Source: Chiloscyllium plagiosum (taxonomy: Eukaryota). From it: a stretch of DNA of 41,383 bases. The stretch spans positions 49,618 through 91,000 of the forward strand of contig NW_025215313.1 of assembly GCF_004010195.1 (NCBI RefSeq), in the 5' to 3' direction. The position numbers and the translations under genes are program-made. Positions 11,336 through 23,181 of the stretch are shown here, piece after piece; within the stretch, counting starts at the first letter, position 1, and each line of letters opens with the position of its first letter. Below the pieces are notes generated by a model. That model was not told the DNA's origin, ran no database searches, and was given only the letters and a program-made list of their open reading frames with translations.

Positions 11336-13529
11336 CCTTATTAAAGTAATGACGTGTGTTATTTGAAAGACGGGAAAGCATTTGTTGAAAATGGTTATGA
11401 GGGGGGAACATAACATTGGCTAAAGATGAGGCTGAAATTTAGTGATGGTTGGATAGGGAGGATGTGAGGAGATGATTAGAGAAGAGTGGTTGAATCTAGG
11501 GATCAAGGGTTCTGGAGTTGGCATGAAAAATCGGAGATGAAAGGGTTGGCCAGATACACATATCAAGAAATAGCTGAATGGGCCACAGTTGTCACATTTT
11601 CTGCTCTGATTAATCATTAGACGACTCTTGGCACTGAATCTAATAGTGTAGCAACACTGTTCTGCTGTTAACCAACCTTCAGCCAACACTTGGTTTCACT
11701 CACAACCATCAATCATTGATCAATCATAAGCATTTCTATAAGACGACCAGCTCGTTTGACCAAAGTAGCGTGTTCAAACATGCAAGTTACTTAGAAGATA
11801 GAACTGTATAGCACAGGAATGGGCCCTTCAACCCACGATGCTGTGCCGAACGTTACACTTTGAAATTATCACAATACTGCACTTCTAAGGGTACTGCATT
11901 TTCAAAGTCAGCATATTCTCCTTTGAACAGTATCATTGTCTGGGGTTTCTAATGCCTGTAGTCAAGATATAATTTGTTGCATGTTGGCAACTAGGTACAG
12001 GTTACTTTTATAGCATGGATATTGTTACCAAGACTTTGAGGACATGAAATTATTCTTTTGCGATCCTAAGCTGTTCTGCTCACAGATCTGTATGATACCA
12101 TTGTAGTGGGTTGTGCTTATGGCAATCTGCAGTGTTAACTCTTTCAGACATACACATTGTTCATGTTGGTTCATCCATTATTGATATTGTAAGATAGTGT
12201 ATATATTTACATTTACTACTGCCCCATCTCTCATAAGCTTTTGATTGTACAAATTCAAGTGATCTGGAGATTTGGCTGTTCTCCCAGAATGTGTACTCCA
12301 CAGACTAGGAAACTGGCAGTTTTGCTACGTGAAGGATTGTTGTTTTTGATTTTCATCAGACATCTGTGATTTCCAGCTTTTTAAGCCAACCCAGTTTAGT
12401 TACAGGTTCCCATCTTGATACAAAATGAAATAAGTTTCTTATGTCAACATAACCAATCTGTTTTTTGATTCAGTACAATCATGAATTTAGGGACCCACCT
12501 GAAATCCTCTATCAGCTGTCTTCTGGCCAGTTGTTTCTTGACCAGTAGTTCATTAACACATGAAGAAGACTGAGGTCAAGACATGACTTCTCACACGAGT
12601 GAGAGTTCCTGATCATGAAGTACGCATACATTTTTGTATCATTTGGCATCCTCTATATTGGAGGGTTGCTTGTAGCATACCTTAAACCCAATAGTTGCAC
12701 TGTTTGCAATTGTAGGTAGTGTTTAACCATCTTATAATATAGTGGCACATCCCCTCCCTCCCAACCTCATTTTTAATTTACAATATATCAGCTTGCCAAA
12801 ATTTAAGATCTGGATCACCTGTTTCCTCCAGGAACACTTTTGTTCTTTCTTCTATCACAGACTACTCTACATCATTAACCTCTCTGTATAAGTCACTTTT
12901 TTTTTGCTTTTCTGAAACAATGTTCCACTTATGCATGTTTTCCAAAAGTAATCTATCATGTGACAGATAAAGCATTCACTTTTAATAATTAGGCACTATC
13001 TGCGCTTTTGAGTTTTCTTTGCTCCGTGTTTTAGTATCTGGTGTCTGTCTTACTTGCTGTGCTGATTTCTCATGTATGGTTATGTGTGCTTTTGTACCTT
13101 AAAAATTAAACGGACCCAACTCATCTCCTGTATTAAAATTGATAATCTTCTCATAAGATTGATCAGTGTTGTTTCTGGAGTTCTGCTTCACTTATCATCT
13201 GAATGGCTTTCTCTGGAGTCAGGTCTTCCTTTGGCTGCAATAAATCTGACAAAGATTCATCAGCAATTCCCACATCAATTGTCTCTTATGAATTCTGATT
13301 TGAAGTCACTTTTCTCTATCAATCCACATAAGTCATAATTAAACCATCCATGGTTTACCCAGATACTGAACTTATCTAGTAAATCTTCCTCTTTCAAGAC
13401 TTTTATTCGTCTGAGGTTTAATTGTCAAAGACGTTCAGCAACTCTTCATAGTATCTTATGCTACTTTTACCCCTTGGAAAGCTGTAATATTAGCAGCTAT
13501 GTTCCCAATTGTGTTTTGAAGTATATTTG

Positions 13530-15115
13530 GTCACAGAGTTTTACAGCTTGAAGAGAGAATTTCTGCCCATCATATCCACACTGGTCATAAAACACCTCTC
13601 TACTCCAATATTATTTTCCAGGTCTTGGCCCATGGTCTTGTTTGCTACAGCATGTCAAGATTTTATATAAATAGCTAAATGTTGTGATGGTTCCTGTTTC
13701 TTCCCCTTTCAGTCAGTGAGTTCCAGATAGCCCCACCCTATGGGTGAAAATAAAATTCCTCAGATTTCCTTAATGCCCCTTACCTTAAACCTATGTGCAC
13801 TGGTTATTGACTCTTTACTAGGGGGAAATTGTCCTACACTGTATATCCTATCTATGGCCCTCATAATTTTGCACACCTCGAACAGTTTCCCCCTCAGCCT
13901 TGTCCACTCTAAAGCAAATAAGCCGAACTTATCTAGTCTGTCTTCGTAGCTGAAACAGTGCATCCCAGATGTCATTCCAGTGAATTTCCTCTGCGCCATT
14001 TCTAGTGCAATCACATCTTTCTCATAGCAAGGTGACCAGAACTGTATGAAGTGCTTTAGCATGGCCTAACTAAAGTTTTATACAACTCCATCCTAACCTT
14101 CCTCTTCTTGAATTCAGTGCCTTGACTAATAAAGGCAAATATCCCATATGCCTTTTTAGCCCCCTTATCAATCTGTCCTGCTCCCTTTAAGGATTGAAGG
14201 ACATGTACACCAAGGTTCGTCTGATCACTGCACTCCCTAGCATCCTGCAACATATTAGATATTTACTTACACTGTTAATCTTCCCAAAATGCAACACCTT
14301 ACACTTCTCCAGATTAAATTCCATTTGTCATGGTTATGCCCACCTGACCAGCCATCTATATCATTCTCTAGCCTAAGGCATTCCTTTTTGCTATTTAATA
14401 CACCACCATTTTCCAAATTATTTGCAATGGTACTGATCATACCTCCTCTGTTCATGTCTCAATCATTACTGTATACTCCAATCAGCAAGAGATCCAGCAC
14501 TGAATCCTGTGGAACGTCACTTGACACAGGCACCCATTCATAAAAGCAACATTCAACATCACTATCTGGCACTAAGCCAATTTTGGATCAATTTGCAAGT
14601 TAACCTGGATCCCTTGGGCTCTTTCTTCTTGACCAGTCTCCCATGTGAGACCTTGTCAAATGCCTTACTGACGTCAACTCCATCAACCACACTCCACAAA
14701 AAATTTAACCAGATTTGTTTGATACGATCTGCCCCGGCCAGAGGCATGCTAACTTATCATTCTGTAAGTGGAGGTTAATTCTTTCTGATCGTTTCCCTAC
14801 CACTGATGTTAGACTCATTGTCCCATTGTTTCCTAGTTTATCCCTACCTTTTCTGAACAATAGTACCTTTCCTGTGACCAGTGGGGACTTGAAAATTAAT
14901 GTAAGAGTCCGTGTTATCTCTTCCCTAGTATCCTTACAACAGCCTGGGGATACACCTCATCTGGGCTTGGGGACTTATCCATTTTTAAGCCTGCTAAAAT
15001 CTTTAATACCTCATCCCTCTTGATGCTAACTTGTTCAAGTATAGCACTGCACCTTGCCCAGATTTCCGTACCAATGTCATCCTTCTCTATTCTGAATGTA
15101 GATGCAAAGTAATGC
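13530..15115 (-). mobile_element. Decayed CR1 LINE (RT and 3' end)
   Basis: Reverse-strand ORF fragments KSPSPDEVYP, VSKAFDKVSHGRL, KAYGIFAFISQG, QFWSPCYEKDVIALE, HRFKVRG. Confidence 0.9.
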
Positions 15116-15367
15116 AAAACGATTATTAGTGACTGATTCCATGATCATGAGCTTTACTAAATTGCTGTCAGCCCTTCCACAAGTGTACAGACTTGGAATG
15201 TTGGAACACCATTTTGACAGTTTCTTCTTTTATCCTCCCATCTTCAGAATCCATCAAACGTGAATATTGTAGTAACTCTTTAAATTAGAGTTAGAATGGA
15301 CTCATGCAGGTATAATCATGGCCGCATAAATAATTCATTGAAAAATAATAAAGCCATGAAAATTCAA

Positions 15368-15453
15368 TTCAGAACTGTTCTGAAGAAAGGTCACTGGATC
15401 CGAAACATTAACTCTGATTTCTCTTCAGACCTGTTGAGTTTTTCCAGCAATTT
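15368..15453 (+). mobile_element. Solo Penelope-like pLTR with hammerhead-like core
   Basis: GTT-CTGAAGA-AAGGTCACTGGATCC-GAAACATT-AAC followed by CAGACCTGTTGAGTTTTTCCAGCA; short palindrome TTCAGAAC-T-GTTCTGAA at its 5' end. Confidence 0.75.
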
Positions 15454-15574
15454 ATGTTAAATGTGGGATCCTCTTGGAATTGATTCTAATTTATTTTCAA
15501 ATTAAGACACAATGAGATAAATCAAAGTCATCGATAGCAACACACACCCATGTATCTTCTCAGTGAGCTTAGAA

Positions 15575-16230
15575 TTATGCAAATACATGGATTTCCAGAA
15601 GGCAATTGACAAAGTCCTTCATATGAGACTGTTGGCTAAAGTTGAAATTCATGGAAATGAAGGCAAATAAATGGCTTGGTTGGGAAATTGGCTGAGTGAC
15701 AGGAGGCAGAGAGTAGGGACAATAGGCATTGGTTGGATGTGATGAGTGATATCACGCAAGGATTTGAGTTGAAGCCATTATAATTTATTGTAATCATTTA
15801 TGACTTAGATAACAGGAAGAATGCTTTCTATGCAAATTTGTCAATGACTCAAAGACAGATGACATTGTAAGCAGTGTAGATGGAAGCATAAACCTACAAA
15901 GCATTTTCAATAAATGGAAAAGGAATGGGCAAAGCTATGACATTAATGCAGGCATTTACAAGGTCATCCATTTTTGACTAAAAAGACTGAACTTTTTAAA
16001 TGGTGAAAAGTTAGAAGCGGCCGTTCAATGTTAGTTGAAGACCCATAGATTAAAATATTATGAACTGACACAGAAAAGCATTAAAAAGCTTACAGAATGT
16101 AAGTCTTCATATGGAATAGTAGAATACATGACGATAGAAATCATACTTGAGCTATATTGAGCCTCAGTCAGTGCACAATTTGGAATACTGTGATCAAAAC
16201 AGCTCTGCAGTGATATCATAGAGCTGTGAA
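15575..16230 (+). mobile_element. Highly decayed CR1 LINE fragment
   Basis: ATGGATTTCCAGAAGGCAATTGACAAAGT (MDFQKA.DKV), TGGCTGAGTGACAGGAGGCAGAGAGTAG, AAATTTGTCAATGAC. Confidence 0.75.
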
Positions 16231-16409
16231 GACTGACCCCGAACAAACACAACTACTTTTCTTTGTGCAACTAGGAGAGAATTTTTCCCTGATTCCCATT
16301 GACTCCCATTGTGTCAGTGCTCCTTAACACCACAATCAGTCTGATGTGGTCTTGATGTTAAGGGCAGTCACTCTCTTCTCACATGTGCAAGTCAGCTCTT
16401 TAGTCTATG

Positions 16410-17530
16410 CTTGAACCAAGGCATCATATATACAAATTTCTCATGACACCAAGTTAATCAGCATTGTCGATGGTATAGATGATAGCATAAAATTACAAAG
16501 GGATAGTGAATAGGCAAAACTGTGGCATATGGATTTCAATAAGAGCAAGTGTGAGGTTATCCATCTTGGACTGAGAAAGGATGGATCACGGTACTGTTTA
16601 GATGGTATGGTGTTAAATACAGTGGATGTTCAAAGAGACTTGGAGTTCAGGTGCATGGTTTTTGGAAATGTAACAAATTGGTGCAGAAAATAATCAAGAA
16701 AATTAGTGGAATGCTAGCCTTTATAACTAGAGAACTGGAGTTTAAGGATGTAGAAGTTATGCTGCAGTTATACAAAATCCCAGTTAGACCTACTTGGAGT
16801 AATGTAAGCAGGTCTGGACACACGCTTTAAAAAAAAAATTGGCCTGGGAAGGAGTAAAACATAGATTTAAGAGTGATACCTGGACTTCAGGGATTAAGTT
16901 ATAGAGGGAGATTATACAAATTAGGCCTGTATTGTCTAGAATGTAGATGGCCAAGGAGTGACCTGATTGAAGTCTTCAAGATATTAATAGGGTAGATAAA
17001 GGTAAATCATTTCCACTGGTGATTCTGGAACTAGAAGGCATAATCTGAGAATTAGGGCTAGACTGTTCAGAAGAGATGTTAGGAAGCTCTTTGACATACA
17101 AAGGGTGGGAGAAGTTAACTCAGCAGACGTGTCTCCACATAAGTACCCCTTGCACACATTATTTTAGTTCCTGGCAGTCAGTCTCTCTGAGTGGGGAATT
17201 TGGTACTCTTCCACAAATAGTAGTTGATGCTAGATCAGTTGTTAATTTTAAATCTGCTAAATTTTTGTTAAGCAAAGGTATTAAAGGATATTGGTAGAGC
17301 CATCTTGTGGCGCAATGGTAGTGTCCCTATCCCTGGACTGGTAGGCCCAAGTGAACCAGTCCCACCTGCTTCAGAGGTGTGCAATAACATATTTAAACAG
17401 GTTGATTAAGAAAAATAGTTAAGAGGTATGGGTAAAAGGCAGGTATATCAAGTTAGTCATGAGTCATGATCTCATTGAATGATGAAACAGACTCAAGGAG
17501 CTGAATAGCCTACTTCTGTTTCTGTGTTCC
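16410..17530 (+). mobile_element. Decayed CR1 LINE 3' part with two nested insertions
   Basis: AAATTTCTCATGACACCAAG (KF.DDTK), GCTGCAGTTATACAAA, GACCTGATTGAAGTCTTCAAG, tail GCCTACTTCTGTTTCTGTGTTCC; interrupted at about 17117-17198 and 17297-17417. Confidence 0.85.
17297..17417 (+). mobile_element. Short (~115 bp) tRNA-head SINE
   Basis: TCTTGTGGCGCAATGGTAG (A-box-like) ... GTCCCACCTGCTTCAGAGGTGTGCAATAACAT...CAGGTTGATTAAGAAAAA; two related copies at 28446-28551 and 28666-28772. Confidence 0.7.
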
Positions 17531-17534
17531 CAAT

Positions 17535-17720
17535 TGAGAGTCAGCGGGAAGGTTATTGCTGAGTAAGTGCTGCTTCATAGCATTGTTAATGATCCCCTTC
17601 CAGCATTTTACTGATGATCGAGTGTAGATTAGGGGCAGTAATTAGCTGGGTTGGGTTTATCCTGCTTTTTGTGTATAGCATACACCTGGGCATTTTTCCA
17701 CGTTGCCAGGTAGATGTCAC
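17535..17720 (-). mobile_element. Fragment of second-family CR1/L2-type LINE ORF2
   Basis: Reverse strand reads as decayed WKNAQV...HKKQDKPNPANYCP., the region just upstream of the RT domain. Confidence 0.6.
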
Positions 17721-17727
17721 TATTTCG

Positions 17728-17990
17728 GAGAGCTGTTAATAGTCAACAACATTGCTGTGGGTCTGAGGTCATGTGTAGGCCAGCCAATTTCCTTCTTAGT
17801 GGGCATTAGTGAACCTGATACATTTTTAAGACAATTACTTTACATCATCATTAGACTTTTAATTTCATATTTTGTTAAATTCAAATTGCACAATCTGTTG
17901 TATTAGGATTCAAACCTAGATCCTCAAGTGTTTAATGTGGGTCGCTGGAGTGGTAGCCCAGTGACAATACCACTGTGCCATGGCCTCCCC
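17728..17990 (-). mobile_element. tRNA-derived SINE
   Basis: Reverse strand GGGGAGGCCATGGCACAGTGGTATTGTCACTGG (A box) ... GGTTTGAATCC (B box); related to 4780-5155. Confidence 0.7.
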
Positions 17991-18231
17991 CTACATGGTT
18001 AATCGGGGAAAGTTACAGGAATTATAACCATCTCTAACTCCTGGCTAACATTCTCCATAGGTAAATGTGTATTTTTTTTGTCTGCCCAGGGTCAGAAATT
18101 GGATTTCCAATTTTGATCAGAAATTCTGAGCCATTATCTTTCTAAAATAACTTAACTAGTCAGTTATCTACATAGATAGACTGCAGTGCTATCCATGTTG
18201 AACATTAATCATAGCTTCTGTAAATTGTTAG

Positions 18232-18524
18232 GTGGCTGTAAAAGTCATTGATAAGAAGAAAGCCAAGAAAGACTCCTACGTAACAAAGAATCTACGGCGA
18301 GAAGGTCAGATTCACCAAATGATTAGGCATCCAAATATTACACAGCTTTTGGACATATTAGAAACAGAGAACAGTTACTATTTGGTGATGGAGCTATGCA
18401 CGGGAGGCAACTTGATGCACAAAATATATGACAGAAAAATACTGGAAGAAGCGGAGGTATGTCGATACATCAAGCAGCTTACTCTAGCAGTGGAACATCT
18501 ACACCGGGCAGGAGTGGTCCACAG
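18232..18524 (+). CDS. HUNK: HUNK coding exon 2 (VAVK catalytic lysine, alphaC, to HR)
   Basis: TTAG|GTG acceptor; VAVKVIDKKKAKKDSYVTKNLRREG...HLHRAGVVH(R); donor AG|GTATGT at 18525; 293 nt, ends in phase 2. Confidence 0.97.
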
Positions 18525-19959
18525 GTATGTGAGTGTGTGTGCGTGTGTTGAACTCTTAACAGTTCCATAATCTTCTGTTGCTGTCAACAATTATATACAA
18601 TGTTGTGAAACAGTCCATTGAGAAGTTATTATAGGGCCTAGCAACCACTACAATGCCTACCTTGAATGTAATTGGCTGAGTGGTTCTGTATTTAACATCA
18701 AAAAGACATGCCAGTACATGCAAATATGTCAGTAGACATACCTCAAAAATGCAGGTGGGATAATGGAAAAGTTTTATGTGTATTTATCTGTCAACCCAAT
18801 TAAAACTGTTTCAAGAAAGTGGTGTACAAGTGCAAATGAGACAAAGGAAATGTTGAATGAGGAGCATAATGAACACCTTTACTCAAGTGGTAATTGGATT
18901 TGGAATTATACACCAATAAGGTAATGGAAGCAAAAACATTCATGCTGTTCACAATTAATGTTGATGGTATGATGTTGATGTGTTAGGAAAATCAATCTGA
19001 GAAACTTGAGTTTCAATAGGCCTTGTCTTCTGACATATATTTGTTATTGATTTAGTAAATAATTATCATTTGCTTTACCTACAACAGCAATATGGTACAA
19101 AAATAACTGTCAGATGTTGAAAGATGTATATTTACTTTAAGTATCTTAAATAGTTTGGTATTTTGAATGAATAACTTGCATTTCAGAATTCTTGATTTTG
19201 TAACATTGAAATTCCAACTGTACATTATTTTCTGATAATAGTAACTCACATTGTTCTATGTGATCATTCAATGCAATTACCAATTCCAAGAGATGTGGAG
19301 AAGTTGTTTAATGTGTTTTGAAATATGGATATTGACTTTTGCTTTCAAGAAATGCAAGTTAATTCGGGGGTCTCCACATAAATACCTCCTGCACTCATTC
19401 TTTTAGTTCCTGGCAGACAGCTTCCCTGAATGGCGAGAAATCAACAGAAACATATGGCTAGCTATCTGTTTCTCCAGGTGGCCTATTAATGAATACTTGA
19501 CTGTCTTCCAAGGCTTCCTACTGGGAACAACTCAGCAGGGGTCTGTCTACACAGCCTGAAATGATATGTTAGTTTTGTTTGATGGACACCTTTATGAGGT
19601 TATAGAACATTTTCCTTTTGTCTGTTTCTCCAATATATGTTTATCTTGAACATTATGAGTAATCAAGTTGGGTAAAGCTTCTGTTATTGACATTATGAAG
19701 TACGATGTCTGATTGACGTATTTATAAAGTTGCAAACTGGTAGGGTATTTTTTTCCTGAGTATTTCAGGACTTACCGTTGTTATTATTAGCTCATTGTTT
19801 CTGCAATTAGTACATATATGTGAATAAGCTTGAAGGACACAGGTGACAAGGAAAATACATAGAGATATGAAGGTACATAGAGGGCTCATGGGGCATAGGG
19901 CATGTAAGGATACCTGAGTAAGAATTTTTAAACATACAGTATGTTTTCAAATCCATAAT

Positions 19960-20872
19960 ATGAATAAGTTTGCAGATGACACAACAATAGATTGCGGGCC
20001 ATCTAGTATTGAAGTGTGGAGGCTGCAGAAGGATTTGGAAATTTAGGAGAGTGGGTAAAGAAGTGATAGATGCAGTATAATGTGGGTAAGTGTGAGATTG
20101 TGTACTTTGGTAGCAAGAATAGAGACATATTCTATTTTCTCAAGGGAGAAGGACTTCAGACGCCTGAAGCACAAAGGGACTTGGGAATGCTAGTTCAAGA
20201 TTCTCTTAAGGTTAACATTTGGCAGTTGGGAAGACAAATGTAACATGAACATTAATTTCAAGAGGGTTGGAATACAAGCAGAGATGTACTGCTGAGGCCG
20301 TATAAGTTCTGGTCAGACCACATTTGGAACATTATGAGCGGTTTTGGGCCCTGTATCTAAGAAAGGATGTGCTGGTATTGGAGGGGTCCAGAGGAGGTAT
20401 ACTAGAATGATGCTGGGGCTGAAGGGCTTGTCATATGAAGAATGGTTGAGGACTCTGTGTCTGTACTCAGTGGAGTTTAGAAAGATGAGTGAGGATCTGA
20501 TTGAAACTTACAAAATACTGAGAAGCTTGGACAGAGTGACATGGAGAAAATATTTCTATTAGTAGAAGAGACAAGGTCCCAAAGGCACATTCTCAGAATG
20601 AAGGGATGGTCCTTTAGAACTGAGATGAGGAGGAATTTCTTAAACTAGAGAGTGGTGAATCTGTGGGATTCATTGCCTCAGAAGGCTGTGGAAGCCAAGT
20701 CATTGAGTGTACTTAAGTCAGCGATAGATAATTTCTTGATTGGTCAGTAGATCAAGGGTTATAGGGACACGGTAGGAAAATGGGATTGAGAAACATATTA
20801 GCCACGATCAACTGGTGGAGCAGACTCAATGGGCCCAATGGCCTAATTCTGCTCCTGTGTCTTATGGTCCTA
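19960..20872 (+). mobile_element. CR1 LINE 3' part
   Basis: AAGTTTGCAGATGACACA (KFADDT), GVQRRYTRMMLGLKGLSYEEWLRTL, DLIETYKILR, tail CCTAATTCTGCTCCTGTGTCTTATGGTCC. Confidence 0.9.
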
Positions 20873-21379
20873 TTAGCGACTCCAGTGGAGCTGTGAACCA
20901 TGAGTCCTTAAGAAGTTGGCTGGATCCCATGAAAATTGAGGTGGGGGGGAGATGGCATGTGGTGTTATGAGATGTCTACCCTCACAATTGAGATGTCCAG
21001 GGCAGAAATGTGGACTGTTGGCTCACTACCTGCGCCCTCATTCTGTGCAGTGAAAATTGCTGATGCCAGGAATCAAGGCCTGGAATTGGGCCCCTCTGTC
21101 ATTTTTACAATCCTCTAAAGTCAGCATGACTCTATGAAAATTAAGTGCCACAGTATTTATTTGTGTTAACTACTTCAGGAATTTATGCCATTTAATCAGG
21201 CATCAATGCTGCAAAGATATACATTTTCTTCAATCAATTTCTGTGAAACTTAGTATTGCATCTATTTCAGAAATCTGTTCATAGCCTGAAGAAATATATG
21301 ATTTTTGCTTTCAAATCATGAAGCACATACAAGGTATAGAACCAAGAAATAGCATATTCATCTTCTTAATGAGGGAAGG

Positions 21380-21790
21380 ATATAATAGTATGAGAGGAGA
21401 TGTAATGAATGTCCGCTAGATTGATTCCTGGGTAAAGGGATTCTCTTCTGAGGAGGGATTGAATAGACTGGGCCTATATTTTCTCGAATTTAGAAGAATA
21501 AACTGACACCATATTGAAACATAAAGTTTTTAAGTGAATTTTACACGGCAGATGCTAGGATGATGTTTCCCTGGTTGGGTAGTCTAGAACTAAGGGGTAA
21601 TGGCTTCAGAATCAGGAGAAATAATGAAGGTAATGCTGAATAAATTCTGAATACTATCAGAATCATGGATATAAAGATAGTATGGAGAAATGGAGAGCAA
21701 ATGGAGAGTGGATGATCAGCCATCACCTGATTGAGTGGAAAAGACAGATCAAATTATTTAACAGCTATTCCTGTTCTAATTTGTTATGAT
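21380..21790 (+). mobile_element. Decayed CR1 LINE 3' end
   Basis: CTAGATTGATTCCTGGG, GAATTTAGAAGAAT, GTCTAGAACTAAGGGGT, GATGATCAGCCATCACCTGATTGA. Confidence 0.7.
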
Positions 21791-22128
21791 CCAATGATCT
21801 GATATTTTAGTCCATCTACCTGGTTCCAAAAGCCAAAAGATAAACTTTCTGGAGATGGCAGAAGTCCCACCCTGTGTGTTGTGAATGCAGGCAACCCCAG
21901 TTTGGCCGGCTTTTGGACATGAAGAATCATAGGATTGTAGAATTTTAAGTTCAGAAGGAAGCCATTCGACCCATCACATCTATAATAGCTCCCAAAAGAG
22001 TGACCCAGCTACTCCCACTCTCCAGCACTATCTTCGTAGGGCTCTAAATTAATTACTTTCCCAATAACTCTCAATGTTTCTCTGCAAAGCACGCCTAGCT
22101 CTCTCACTGACAATCTTCAAATTGTGAC

Positions 22129-22369
22129 AAAAATAGAAATTGCTGGAAAAACTCAGCAGGTCTGGCAACATCTGTGAAGAGAAATCAGAGTTAACGTTTC
22201 AGGTCCAGTGACTCTTCCTCAGAACCTCAGTTCTGCGGAAAGGTTACTGGACCCGAAAGTTTAACTTTGATTTCCCTCCACAGATGCTGCAAGACCTGCT
22301 GAGCTTTTCCAGCATTTTCTGTTTTTGTTTTTGATTTACACTATCCACAGCACTTTCAGTTTTTATTTG
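22129..22369. mobile_element. Head-to-head inverted pair of Penelope-like pLTRs with 10-bp target-site duplication
   Basis: Arm 22127-22225 is the near reverse complement of 22230-22328 (4-nt spacer CTCA); AAATTGTGAC is duplicated at 22119-22128 and 22370-22379. Confidence 0.88.
22189..22225 (-). ncRNA. Minimal type I hammerhead ribozyme motif (best-preserved copy)
   Basis: Reverse strand GUU-CUGAGGA-AGAGUC-ACUG-GACCU-GAAACGUU-AAC: CUGANGA and GAAA cores, helix II, palindromic AACGUU at helix III, GUU/AAC helix I. Activity not shown. Confidence 0.65.
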
Positions 22370-23039
22370 AAATTGTGACCCCTAGTTACTGACATACCAA
22401 GTGAAAACAGAATATCCTTCCTTACCCTGTCAAAATTGTTCATGAATTTGAACTTCTCAATAAGGTCATCCTTTAGTCTTCTCTGCTCCATGCAGAATAA
22501 ACCCAATTTCTCCAAGCTTTCCTTGAATCTAAAATATCTCATTCCTGCTATCATTTGAGAAAATGTCATTTTCATTCTCTTCAGGACTTTAACATCATTC
22601 TTAAATAAGATGCCCAGGACTGAACACAACACTCCAAATGTGGCCTGATCAATGTTTAGTACAGATGTAGCATGTCTTCCTTGCTTTTTCATTCCATGCC
22701 TTTATTTATAAACTCAAGGATTCTTGCCTGTCCACGTTCAGAGAATTGTGCATGTGAACGCCAAGGTCCCTCTGCTCCTGTACTTCCCTCAGGATTGTGC
22801 ATTTGACCCTGTATTGTCTCCCCTATGTTTCTTCTACCAAAATGCATTACCTCACATTTCTCTCCATTGAAATTCATCTACCAGGTGTTTGTCTATTTTT
22901 GTTAATGTCCCTCAGGATCAAGTAAGGGTCTGCTGCTAGGGTAACCATTGACTTATCCAGAATTGAAAGGCAAATCAAAGGGACATCACCTCAGTAATGT
23001 TTATCGCTGAGGTTGTAACACCAGTTAGCCACAAGACTG

Positions 23040-23181
23040 TGCTTCTGGATTAGTGGTGCTGGAAGAGCACAGCAGTTCAGGCAGCATCCGAGGAGCAGTA
23101 AAATCGATGTTTCGGGCAAAAGCCCTTCATCAGGAATACAGGCAGAGAGCCTGAAGGGTGGCGAGATAAGTGAGAGGAGGG
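23040..23181 (-). mobile_element. Penelope-like element 3' end (pLTR) with hammerhead motif
   Basis: Reverse strand AUUC-CUGAUGA-AGGGCUUUUGCCC-GAAACAUC-GAUU at 23137-23102, then CUGCUCCUCGGAUGCUGCCUGAACUGCUGUGCUCUUCCAGCAC; runs into the gap. Confidence 0.85.

Larger units (their letters stand above)
21920..22920 (-). mobile_element. Decayed CR1 LINE 3' part, split by a Penelope-derived palindrome
   Basis: ORF fragments MNFNGEKCEVMHFGRRN and LEKLGLFCMEQRRLKDDLIE...TRGHNFK; resumes left of 22128; tail at about 21920-21975. Confidence 0.85.
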
